The notes under the pieces are model-generated. The model was given only the letters and a program-made list of their open reading frames with translations. It made no database searches and was not told the origin of the DNA. This document shows positions 1-9,167 of a stretch of 64,000 bases of DNA, one piece after another. Numbering within the stretch: the first letter of the stretch is position 1; every line of letters begins with the position of its first letter. Source of the stretch: Flavobacteriales bacterium. Lineage in GTDB: Bacteria > Bacteroidota > Bacteroidia > Flavobacteriales_D > Sanyastnellaceae. The position numbers were made by a program, and so were the translations under genes. The stretch covers positions 310,034 through 374,033 of the forward strand of contig CBDCZM010000004.1 of the NCBI GenBank assembly GCA_965224545.1. Reading direction: 5' to 3'.

Positions 1-912
1 TTTAGAGGCATTCAGGCTGTTACTGATGAATTAGTATGGGTCAGTGGTACTGAAGGAACCGTTTTACAGACTGAAAATGGAGGCGAGAAATGGAAAGATA
101 TCTCAGTTCCAGACTGTGAAGCATTAGACTTTAGAGACATTCACGCTTTAGATAAAAATAGAGCTTGGGTAATGAGTTCTGGGAATGGAGTGAAAATATT
201 CTATACAGAAAATGGAGGAAGAAAATGGAACCTTCAATTTGAAGATACCGCAAAGGCTGTTTTCTTTGATGGAATGGATTTTTCAGATGAGTATAATGGA
301 ATTGCCTATGGCGATCCAATTTCTGGAGCAATGGACGTATTGATCACAAGAGATGGAGGTGAAAACTGGAATAGGGTGGCAAAAGGAAGTATTCCAACAG
401 CATGGGAAGATGAAGCTGGTTTCGCAGCAAGCGGAACTGGTATTGTAAATAGGGGGAAGAATATTTGGATGGCTACCGGTGGTGGAGAGATCAGTCGGAT
501 TATCAAATCAGAAGATGCGGGAAAAACATGGAATGTGACCAAAACTCCAATCATCGGAGGAAATGGGGCTGGGATATTTTCTATGGCTTTTAAAGATGAT
601 TTAAACGGTGTTGTTGTTGGAGGAGATTATGTAGACTCTACCAGAGTAGCATACAACTGTGCATTTACTTCAAATGGTGGTGCTAACTGGACTTTGGTTG
701 AGAAAAATGGCCCTAGAGGATATAGATCTTGTGTTGCCATTACAAAATCAGGAACGGCAGTAACTTGTGGAAGAACGGGGATCGATAAATCCTCGGATTT
801 TAAAGAGTGGAAAGCCGTTTCGGACGAAGGTTTCTTTACTTGTAGTTCTAGAAATCAGGTAGTTTGGCTGGCCGGAAGAAGAGGTAAAATAGGAAGACTA
901 AAAATAGAGTAG
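1..912 (+). CDS. BNR/Asp-box repeat protein, Ycf48-like (photosystem II stability/assembly factor-like fold); 5' partial, open from window start in frame 1
   Basis: Frame 1 is open from base 1 (FRGIQAVTDELVW...). Five or more S/TxD/NGGxxW BNR-type repeats are visible (ENGGEKW, TENGGRKW, TRDGGENW, SEDAGKTW, TSNGGANW). Confidence 0.6.
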   Translation, partial: FRGIQAVTDELVWVSGTEGTVLQTENGGEKWKDISVPDCEALDFRDIHALDKNRAWVMSSGNGVKIFYTENGGRKWNLQFEDTAKAVFFDGMDFSDEYNGIAYGDPISGAMDVLITRDGGENWNRVAKGSIPTAWEDEAGFAASGTGIVNRGKNIWMATGGGEISRIIKSEDAGKTWNVTKTPIIGGNGAGIFSMAFKDDLNGVVVGGDYVDSTRVAYNCAFTSNGGANWTLVEKNGPRGYRSCVAITKSGTAVTCGRTGIDKSSDFKEWKAVSDEGFFTCSSRNQVVWLAGRRGKIGRLKIE

Positions 913-1268
913 TGAAAATACTTTGCTGAATTTCCAAGTAAATTGTATCACACAGAGGTTAAAACATAGAATATGTTTATGATTTCTATGAACTATACCA
1001 GATAGTTACATCACAGATGAGTTTTCTGCACATCAAATCCATCACTCTAAATAATAGCTAGTTAATCGATTGAATTTCGTCTTGTCCTTTTTTGCACTCC
1101 CAAAAAAGAACGAAAAAAGGGAGCCACCCTACCCATTTCGATTTACAATTAGTGGATTAATAGTGAAATCCGCTGTAAATCAGAACACTATTTCTTGAGC
1201 CTGTTACTGTATTGTAAACAGTTCGTGAATGTGATCTAAGAATCTCCATCGTCATATACTTTTGTGTC

Positions 1269-2297
1269 ATGAAAATCTTTTACATTATTACTGGGTTACT
1301 ACTACTTGTCTATCATTGCACCGCTCAAATTCCAGATGGTTATTATGATTCTGCAGAAGGCCTGTCTGGAGAAGAATTAAGAGAAGAATTAAGGGATATT
1401 ATCGATAATCACGATTCTCAGAGTTATGGGAGCCTTTGGACTCATGTTCAGTCTACAGATAAAAAAGCAAATAGCAAGGTTTGGGATATGTACTCCACTA
1501 GAGCAGATGGAACTTCTGACTATGAGTACACGTTTGTAGAAGATCAATGTGGTAATTATTCAGGAGAAGGAAGCTGCTATAATAGAGAGCATTCTGTACC
1601 AGCTAGTTGGTATAATGACGCCAACCCCACCTATACAGATCTATTTCATTTGTATCCTACAGACGGTTGGACTAACGGAATTAGGAGTAATCATCCTTTC
1701 GGAGAAGTTGATAATCCATCAGTAACGACCAGTAATGGGAGCAAAAAAGGATCAAATACTTATCCTGGATATTCTGGTATCGTATTCGAGCCTATTGATG
1801 AGTTTAAAGGTGATTTCGCTAGAACCTATTTTTACGTGGCTACTCGATATATGAACAATATTCCTAGTTGGAATGGAACAGCTTTTAGCGGAAATGACCT
1901 TTCGGAATGGCATGCTAACATGTTGCTAGAGTGGCATTGGAACGATCCTGTAAGTCAGAAAGAGACGGATAGAAATAATGCTATTCATGATATTCAGGAC
2001 AATAGAAATCCATTCATAGATCATCCTGAATGGGTAGATTTAATTTGGGGAAGTACAAGTGGAGTAGGAACGCTTGAAGATACTAACTTAGATTTAAATG
2101 TTGAGGATGGTATGCTAAATGTGGAAGGTGAGTGGCACAGCCTTAATATTTATTCATTAGAAGGAAGACTAGTTGATTCATTTATATATGAGTCACAGGA
2201 GCCAATTCGAGTGCCACTGAACCAAACGATATTCATCATGGTTAGAAACGAGAATTTCGTTTTTACAAAGAGGTTTTTTCTTGTTGATGACCAGTAG
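1269..2297 (+). CDS. Extracellular endonuclease I (EndA/NucM family) with T9SS type-A C-terminal sorting domain
   Basis: Signal peptide MKIFYIITGLLLLVYHCTAQ. Endonuclease I-like core (NREHSVPASW, DLFHLYPTDGWTNG). C-terminal ~80 aa is beta-rich (LNVEGEWHSLNIYSLEGRLV...IFIMVRNENFVFTKRFFLV), typical of Por_Secre_tail. Confidence 0.65.
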   Translation: MKIFYIITGLLLLVYHCTAQIPDGYYDSAEGLSGEELREELRDIIDNHDSQSYGSLWTHVQSTDKKANSKVWDMYSTRADGTSDYEYTFVEDQCGNYSGEGSCYNREHSVPASWYNDANPTYTDLFHLYPTDGWTNGIRSNHPFGEVDNPSVTTSNGSKKGSNTYPGYSGIVFEPIDEFKGDFARTYFYVATRYMNNIPSWNGTAFSGNDLSEWHANMLLEWHWNDPVSQKETDRNNAIHDIQDNRNPFIDHPEWVDLIWGSTSGVGTLEDTNLDLNVEDGMLNVEGEWHSLNIYSLEGRLVDSFIYESQEPIRVPLNQTIFIMVRNENFVFTKRFFLVDDQ

Positions 2298-2316
2298 CTG
2301 AGCATGGAACAAGAAA

Positions 2317-3399
2317 CTAGACCATAGAGATCAATTTTTTTAAATCACTCTCATCATTGTAAAAATGACAACTAAGTCGAATATTACCCTCTCGAAATGT
2401 AGAGTACACTTTGTTTTCTATTAATCGATCAAATAACCTACCAGGATCTTTGATCACTGTAATACCAGAAGTTTCTTCTCTAGAGAAATCCGATATGACC
2501 TGTATACCTTTTGACTTTAATGATTCTTTTAAGTGAAGAATATGGTCTCTATTGTGCAATAGCACTTGAGAAGTGTCTCTTTCCTGAGCATCTTCAAGCG
2601 CTAATTTTAATCGGTAAAATGCTTCGTGATCTTTGTGCCCCGGCTCTAAATAAGCAAGTGATTGTTGTGTTTTCCAATTTTCTCTTGCGGTAAACCAAGC
2701 CATATAGCCTCCAGTTTTGAATTGAATTTTTTGTTGAAGAGCAGTGTTAATGTACATTAATCCGCATCCATGCCCAGCACACATCCATTTATAAGTGCTC
2801 GCTGCATAAACATCTACATTCATAGATTTTAAATCAATAGGAATGCATCCCAATGCTTGAGTTCCATCCACGATGAAAACAATATTGTTCTGCAAGCAGT
2901 AATCTCCAATCCTCTTAATGTCTATTAAATAACCAGTAGAATATTGAACATGGCTCAAAGCGATCATTTGAGGTTTCACTTCTTCAGCCCTACTTATTAT
3001 TCTATCAGCAGAAAAAATGTTGTCCTCTTGCTTTTTTACATAGCTGATTTCAAATTCTCTTAAGCCTAGAGGAAGCCAAATACTAGGGTAATCATTTTCT
3101 AACAATAGAACTTTTTTCCATTGTGTCAGAGATGGGAGCAAGTAATTGAATCCAACGGAAAAAGATTGGGTCAGGCACATTTCAAGAGGCTCACAATTAA
3201 CAAAACGAGCAGCTAATCTTCTGATTTCATTTTCGTCGCGAAGAATGAAATTCATCCTATTTTCAACAAAATTTTGACGAAATTCATTTCGTATTATATC
3301 CAGTTTCTCGTAGTTACTTTTGCTCAATAGTCCATCAGCAGCTGTATTGAAGTAAGTAATTCCTTCTGAGATGTAATTCCTTTTTTCAATCAAATTCAT
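2317..3399 (-). CDS. PLP-dependent aminotransferase class V-fold enzyme (cysteine desulfurase/kynureninase-like)
   Basis: DGTQALGCIPIDL...VYAASTYKWMCAGHGCGLMYI resembles the class V PLP-lysine region. Start codon overlaps the stop of the upstream LysR gene by 4 nt. Confidence 0.5.
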   Translation of the reverse strand: MNLIEKRNYISEGITYFNTAADGLLSKSNYEKLDIIRNEFRQNFVENRMNFILRDENEIRRLAARFVNCEPLEMCLTQSFSVGFNYLLPSLTQWKKVLLLENDYPSIWLPLGLREFEISYVKKQEDNIFSADRIISRAEEVKPQMIALSHVQYSTGYLIDIKRIGDYCLQNNIVFIVDGTQALGCIPIDLKSMNVDVYAASTYKWMCAGHGCGLMYINTALQQKIQFKTGGYMAWFTARENWKTQQSLAYLEPGHKDHEAFYRLKLALEDAQERDTSQVLLHNRDHILHLKESLKSKGIQVISDFSREETSGITVIKDPGRLFDRLIENKVYSTFREGNIRLSCHFYNDESDLKKLISMV

Positions 3400-4298
3400 G
3401 CAGGCAAGTTATCAAAGACATGTCGGAGTATAGGGTTTGAGTTAGATTTGTTCCAAACAGCCGATAGAACTGTTCGTTGTGGAAGAAATGATAAATCGAT
3501 AAATCGAATTTTCATATCGAAATGTACTCCAAGAGATTTGGGGACTACGGCGATTCCAAATCCACTTTCTACCATTTTATATATGGTCAACGCATGTACC
3601 GAACTATGAGCTATTTGAGGAGTAAACCCAGCATCTTGAAAAATACTAATAACCTCAGAGTAGTATGTTGGACTATATTCTTTTTCAAATAGAATAAACG
3701 ATTCATTTTTTAGTTGATCAATGGATTCAAAGTTGTTTTTGTCCAAATGATGGCTTTCAGGAAGTACTAAGCAGAAGGATTCGGTGAGAACAGGTAAGAT
3801 TTCTAAAGAAGATGGAACCTCAGATTGTCGTACAAAGCCAAGATCAATGGTGTTGTTGATTAAAGATGTTATTTGGGATGGATTGTCCATCTCATCTAGT
3901 GTAAACTTAATCTGTGGGTAATCCTTTAATAAAGAATTCAATAGAGATGGGATAATTTTTTGCATAGCTGACCCTACATAGCCCAATTTTAAAGTCCCAT
4001 GTGTTCCCGAGTCAATTAGTCGTGTTTTCTCTAGCAATTGATCCAGTGAATTCATCCAGGTGCTTATCTCTTTTGCTAAGAACTCTCCAGTGGCAGTAAG
4101 TTCTACTTTTCGGTTGTTTCTAGTGAACAGAGTGACACCCAGTTCACTTTCTAGCTGTTTGATCTGCCTGCTAAGTCCTGGTTGAGAAATATACAACCGA
4201 TCGGCTGCCTTTCTGAAGTGAAGTTCTTCTGCCACCGAAAGAAAGTACTTGAAGTGTCTAATTTCTAATTGATAACCCATGGTTATTAATAAGTGCAT
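3396..4298 (-). CDS. LysR-family transcriptional regulator; the biologically used start may be the second Met at 4280
   Basis: N-terminal HTH is FKYFLSVAEELHFRKAADRLYISQPGLSRQIKQLE. The gene is divergent from hutH. Confidence 0.8.
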   Translation of the reverse strand: MHLLITMGYQLEIRHFKYFLSVAEELHFRKAADRLYISQPGLSRQIKQLESELGVTLFTRNNRKVELTATGEFLAKEISTWMNSLDQLLEKTRLIDSGTHGTLKLGYVGSAMQKIIPSLLNSLLKDYPQIKFTLDEMDNPSQITSLINNTIDLGFVRQSEVPSSLEILPVLTESFCLVLPESHHLDKNNFESIDQLKNESFILFEKEYSPTYYSEVISIFQDAGFTPQIAHSSVHALTIYKMVESGFGIAVVPKSLGVHFDMKIRFIDLSFLPQRTVLSAVWNKSNSNPILRHVFDNLPA

Positions 4299-4303
4299 TA
4301 AAT
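4285..4303. promoter_or_regulatory. Candidate LysR-type operator dyad (ATTAAT-N6-ATTAAA) in the LysR/hutH divergent region
   Basis: Imperfect dyad attaataagtgcattaaat sits between the divergent LysR and hutH starts, resembling a T-N11-A type box. This is inference only. Confidence 0.25.
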
Positions 4304-4355
4304 GATCTTGAAAGTTATTGAAATATCATTCAAATTTGTAGTAAATCAGTAAAGA

Positions 4356-5906
4356 ATGTTTCAACTAGGATCAGATCATCTTACCGTAGGAGTGGCCTTA
4401 GCCATAGCTAGAGGAGAGATAGGAATAGAAATTACTCCTGAAGTGATGGAGGATATAAAAGCTTCTGCAGATATCGTTGACGAGATAGCTCAGGAAGAAG
4501 CTATTGTTTATGGAATTAACACGGGTTTTGGTCCACTATGTAATACCAAGATTTCTCCAGAAAACACGAAGGAACTGCAACGAAAAATTCTGCTGAGTCA
4601 CTCTGTTGGGATAGGAGAACCTATTTCGAAAGAGCTTTCCAAGGTGATGTTAATTTTAAAAGTGCACGCACTTTGTAAAGGCTTTTCTGGAGTTTCTGTT
4701 AGTGTGGTTGAACGTATTGTTTTTCAAATTGAAAATGATATTATTCCAATAGTTCCTAAGCAGGGTTCTGTAGGAGCCAGTGGTGATTTGGCACCATTAG
4801 CACATTTATTTCTTCCATTGTTGGGAGAAGGGTTTGTATGGAAGGATGGAAAACGAACAGCTTCTTCAGGTGTGCTTTCCAAGCATCATTTGTCACCAGT
4901 CCAATTGGGAGCAAAAGATGGGTTGGCTCTGATTAATGGAACACAATTCATAGCAGCCCATGCGGTACAGTTAATAGCTAGAATGCATAATGTTTTGTCT
5001 CTGGCCGATATTTCAGCAGCGATGATGGTGGAAGGATTGATGGGGTCTGAAATGCCGTTTAATGCGCAGTTGCATGAGACAAGACCTCATATTGGAAATG
5101 TACATGTTGCATCTAGAATGCGCGCATTACTAAAAGATTCTGAAATCATGAAGTCACACAAAGTATGTGACAAGGTTCAAGATCCTTACTCTTTAAGGTG
5201 TGTCCCTCAGGTGCATGGAACTAGTAGGAATGCGTGGCTCCATTTAAAAGAAACGTTGGAGGTCGAAATCAATTCAGTAACAGATAACCCTGTTGTCTTT
5301 TCCAAAGATCTTACTATAAGTGGAGGGAACTTTCATGGACAACCTATGGCTTTACCTATTGATTATGCAGGACTTGCTTGTTCTGAAATAGGAAACATTT
5401 CTGATAGAAGAGCATATCTGGCTTTAGAAGGGAAGTATAAAGGAACGCCTAAATTATTGATGGAAAATGCTGGATTGGATTCAGGATTTATGATTCTTCA
5501 ATATACTACGGCTGCATTAGCAAGTGAGAACAAGGGACTTTGTTTTCCTGCCAGTGCAGATAGCATCCCTACGTCTATGGGACAAGAGGATCATGTAAGC
5601 ATGGGAAGTATTTCTGGACGAAGAGCAAATGAAATTTGTGGAAATGTAGAAAAAATACTTGCTATAGAACTCATGTGTGCTGCCCAAGCATTGGATTTCA
5701 GGAAACCTTTGAAATCTAGTAGTGTAATTGAAGAGTTGCATAGCGAAATTAGAAAACATGTTGATTTTGCTAAGGAAGACCGAATCTTTGGAGATGATAT
5801 GGAAAAAATGCTTGAGTTAGTAAAAAGTGGAGTATTGGCGGACCTTACCAAAAAACACTTGGATTTTAAACATACTGCTCATTACGAGTTATTTGAACAA
5901 TATTAA
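4356..5906 (+). CDS. hutH: Histidine ammonia-lyase
   Basis: MIO-forming Ala-Ser-Gly triad in GSVGASGDLAPLAHL, GINTGFG motif, 516 aa. Confidence 0.9.
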   Translation: MFQLGSDHLTVGVALAIARGEIGIEITPEVMEDIKASADIVDEIAQEEAIVYGINTGFGPLCNTKISPENTKELQRKILLSHSVGIGEPISKELSKVMLILKVHALCKGFSGVSVSVVERIVFQIENDIIPIVPKQGSVGASGDLAPLAHLFLPLLGEGFVWKDGKRTASSGVLSKHHLSPVQLGAKDGLALINGTQFIAAHAVQLIARMHNVLSLADISAAMMVEGLMGSEMPFNAQLHETRPHIGNVHVASRMRALLKDSEIMKSHKVCDKVQDPYSLRCVPQVHGTSRNAWLHLKETLEVEINSVTDNPVVFSKDLTISGGNFHGQPMALPIDYAGLACSEIGNISDRRAYLALEGKYKGTPKLLMENAGLDSGFMILQYTTAALASENKGLCFPASADSIPTSMGQEDHVSMGSISGRRANEICGNVEKILAIELMCAAQALDFRKPLKSSSVIEELHSEIRKHVDFAKEDRIFGDDMEKMLELVKSGVLADLTKKHLDFKHTAHYELFEQY

Positions 5907-5911
5907 GAGTC

Positions 5912-7930
5912 ATGACAGAAGTACTTACATCATTCAGAGAAGCTATTAAAGAAGGCATTCCTTCTGAACTCCCAAAGAAAAAGGAGATACCAGAAGGTGC
6001 GAACAGAGCTCCTAAGCGAAAGGATATCTTGACCAAAGAAGAGAAGAAATTGGCCTTGAAAAATGCACTAAGGTATTTCCCGACCGAATGGCATAGAGAA
6101 TTGGCGTTTGAGTTTAAGCAAGAGTTAGAAGAACTTGGAAGAATCTACATGTATCGATTTAAGCCAAATTATGAAATATATGCACGTCCTATCAGTGAGT
6201 ATCCTTCTCAATGCGAACAGGCAGCTGGATTGATGCTGATGATTCAGAATAACCTAGATCCAGCAGTGGCACAACATCCATATGAATTGATTACTTATGG
6301 AGGAAATGGAGCTGTTTTTCAAAATTGGGCACAGTATTTATTGACCATGCAGTACCTGAGTGAAATGACGGATACTCAAACGCTACATAGTTACTCGGGT
6401 CATCCTATGGGATTGTTCCCTTCTGGAAAGGAAGCACCAAGAGTAGTCGTGACGAATGGAATGATGATTCCTAACTACTCGAAACCAGATGATTGGGAGA
6501 AATTCAATGCATTGGGGGTAACGCAGTATGGCCAAATGACAGCTGGTTCCTATATGTATATAGGTCCCCAAGGAATTGTTCATGGGACTACAATTACAAT
6601 AATGAATGCCTTTCGAAAGAAGTTGGAGAAAGGAGATACTCCCAATGGGAAGATTTTCTTGACCGCTGGACTTGGAGGAATGAGTGGTGCTCAACCAAAA
6701 GCGGGAAACATTGCTGAATGTATTACGATTTGTGCGGAAGTGAATGACGCAGCTTCTTCCAAGCGTCATGAACAAGGATGGGTCGATGAGCTGATTTCTA
6801 ATATGGATGAGTTAGTGGATCGAACTCGTATCGCTATGGAGAATAAAGAAATTGTTTCTATTGCATATCAAGGAAATGTGGTAGACGTATGGGAGCGGTT
6901 TTATGAAGAAGAGATCTTTATTCATTTAGGTTCCGATCAAACATCTCTTCACAATCCATGGAGTGGGGGATACTACCCAGTTGGTCTTAGCTATGAAGCT
7001 GCGAACAAAATGATCAGAGAAGAACCATCCAAGTTCGAGTCTTTGGTGAAAGAGTCTTTAAGAAGACATGCCGCTGCTGTCAACAAACACACTGAAAAAG
7101 GGACATACTTTTTTGATTACGGCAATGCTTTCCTTTTAGAGTCTAGCAGGGCAGGAGCTGAAGTGATGGCTGAAAATGGGATTGATTTTAAGTACCCTTC
7201 ATATGTTCAAGATATTTTAGGACCTATGTGCTTCGATTATGGATTTGGTCCATTTAGGTGGGTTTGTGCATCAGGTTTGTCAGAGGATCTGGATAAGACG
7301 GATAGCATTGCAATGGAAGTAATGAGAGGAATCAAGGCAACTGCACCTGAAGAAATCCAGCAGCAAATGCAGGATAATATCAAGTGGATTGAAGATGCGA
7401 AGAAGAACAAACTTGTGGTAGGATCTCAAGCTAGAATACTCTATGCAGATGCTGAAGGACGTGCTAAAATTGCCGAAGAATTTAACAATGCAGTGAATTC
7501 AGGTAAACTTAAAGGCCCCGTAATTTTAGGAAGAGATCATCATGATGTTAGTGGAACTGACTCTCCATACAGAGAGACAAGCAATATTTATGACGGTTCA
7601 AAGTTCACTGCAGACATGGCTATTCATAATGTAATAGGAGATAGTTTCCGAGGAGCTACTTGGGTTTCGATTCACAATGGAGGTGGAGTAGGTTGGGGAG
7701 AAGTAATGAATGGTGGTTTTGGAATGCTTTTAGATGGTTCTGAAGAGGCGGATGCTCGACTAAAAAACATGCTTTTCTACGATGTAAACAATGGAATTGC
7801 AAGAAGAAGTTGGGCCAGGAATAAAGAGGCCATTTTCGCTATTAAGCGTGAAATGGCTAGGACACCAGAGCTCAAGGTGACTTTGGCGAATATTGTGGAC
7901 GATTCAATTTTTGATGAACTCGAATCCTAG
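5912..7930 (+). CDS. hutU: Urocanate hydratase (urocanase)
   Basis: 672 aa with GLGGMSGAQPKA and TDSPYRETSN urocanase signatures. Starts 6 nt after hutH. Confidence 0.9.
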   Translation: MTEVLTSFREAIKEGIPSELPKKKEIPEGANRAPKRKDILTKEEKKLALKNALRYFPTEWHRELAFEFKQELEELGRIYMYRFKPNYEIYARPISEYPSQCEQAAGLMLMIQNNLDPAVAQHPYELITYGGNGAVFQNWAQYLLTMQYLSEMTDTQTLHSYSGHPMGLFPSGKEAPRVVVTNGMMIPNYSKPDDWEKFNALGVTQYGQMTAGSYMYIGPQGIVHGTTITIMNAFRKKLEKGDTPNGKIFLTAGLGGMSGAQPKAGNIAECITICAEVNDAASSKRHEQGWVDELISNMDELVDRTRIAMENKEIVSIAYQGNVVDVWERFYEEEIFIHLGSDQTSLHNPWSGGYYPVGLSYEAANKMIREEPSKFESLVKESLRRHAAAVNKHTEKGTYFFDYGNAFLLESSRAGAEVMAENGIDFKYPSYVQDILGPMCFDYGFGPFRWVCASGLSEDLDKTDSIAMEVMRGIKATAPEEIQQQMQDNIKWIEDAKKNKLVVGSQARILYADAEGRAKIAEEFNNAVNSGKLKGPVILGRDHHDVSGTDSPYRETSNIYDGSKFTADMAIHNVIGDSFRGATWVSIHNGGGVGWGEVMNGGFGMLLDGSEEADARLKNMLFYDVNNGIARRSWARNKEAIFAIKREMARTPELKVTLANIVDDSIFDELES

Positions 7931-7954
7931 ATTCAAAGTTCATAATTAATTGGA

Positions 7955-8734
7955 TTATTGTTCGAATCTGGAAGTGAATTTCTCTAATTCACCCGTTGCT
8001 CTCATTTCTCTTAAAGCTCTATCAATCATTTTTTTAAGTTCAGGTCTCTTTTTTGAAACCGCTATACCCAATGGCTCCTCACGAAGCCTATCTGGTAAAA
8101 TTCTCATTGAATGATCAGATGTGTTGAGAATAGAATTCAGAAACGAATGATCGAGTATGTAGGCATCGGCTAATCCCAGCTTCAGTACTTCATCTGGTTG
8201 TAGTAAAGGATCATCTAGATTTAATTCAGAGATGACTTTACTTGATTTTAGATTTTGTTTTGCCCATTCATAACAAGTCATAGCTCTTGTAGTAAGAATT
8301 ATCTTCCCCTCCAAATCTCCAATGCTATGTATGTCAGAATCTTCGTTGACGAGAATTCCCAAGGCGTCTGTATAATATGGTTCTGAAAATAAAACCTGTT
8401 CCTTTCTTTTGTCTGTGATACTGATTCCCCACATAGAGATATCTGCAACATCTTCGATCAATGCGAAAATTCTAATGTCGACGATAGATTTGTAATTAAA
8501 TTTATCTACAAATTCATATTCTAGCTCGAGTTTTTCTAAAATGGCTCGAATAAGATCAGGTTCGATACCCTCTGGCTCTCTCTGGTCTGTATCCCAGTAA
8601 GAATGAGGCCTTGTATCATACCCTTTATTGGAAGTAAATATCCTTACTTTATTTTCTTTGTGATTTTTGGTCGTCTCTGTTTTGATGCAAGACGATAGAA
8701 ACAATGCTATGAATATCCAAATAATATGTTTCAT
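7955..8734 (-). CDS. Periplasmic/lipoprotein solute-binding protein family 3 (amino-acid-binding, type 2 PBP fold)
   Basis: Lipoprotein signal MKHIIWIFIALFLSSC; SBP_bac_3-like two-lobed architecture; convergent with hutU. Confidence 0.55.
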   Translation of the reverse strand: MKHIIWIFIALFLSSCIKTETTKNHKENKVRIFTSNKGYDTRPHSYWDTDQREPEGIEPDLIRAILEKLELEYEFVDKFNYKSIVDIRIFALIEDVADISMWGISITDKRKEQVLFSEPYYTDALGILVNEDSDIHSIGDLEGKIILTTRAMTCYEWAKQNLKSSKVISELNLDDPLLQPDEVLKLGLADAYILDHSFLNSILNTSDHSMRILPDRLREEPLGIAVSKKRPELKKMIDRALREMRATGELEKFTSRFEQ

Positions 8735-9167
8735 ACAAGAGAATTTTAATGTTTGGTCGATTGTCAGTTAACCTTTTCAGTTATATATGTTAATGTATAG
8801 AGTGGTTAACTCTTAGCAATAGTATAATACGCTCTTTTTGTACTTTTTGTTACGCGATGTCTTGTTTGAAAGTGCTTATGAGTTTTGATTTTGCAATTTA
8901 AATTTAATCATAAAATATTGATTATCATTGATTTGTGTTTAGCTCCCAAAACACAAACCACCCCTATGAATCATTTTGTAGGTAATTGGTGTGTAATTTC
9001 CAATATGAGATTTGGCTTTCTGATTAGATAGTAGTCTCTAGTTACCAGAGTGTAGAATCCAGCCATGTTGACCCGCCAAATCCGTTTGTCGCTGACCCCA
9101 TTTAATGTGCTTGTATTCAGAGCTATAAATGGCTCAGTCATTCCTGGGTTTAGTGGGTCACCAATCA

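Noticed and set aside
131-554. Small minus-strand ORFs overlapping the partial BNR gene
   Set aside because: Shadow ORFs of the BNR-repeat coding region.
6383-6775. Antisense ORFs inside hutU (also 6493-6717, 5517-5851 inside hutH, 22321-22572, 23284-23508 and 23773-23967 inside htpG, 32058-32372 inside the flotillin gene, 41618-42035 inside the parC tail, and similar)
   Set aside because: They are fully embedded in well-supported genes on the opposite strand or in another frame, have no independent signals and have low-complexity composition; they are shadow ORFs.
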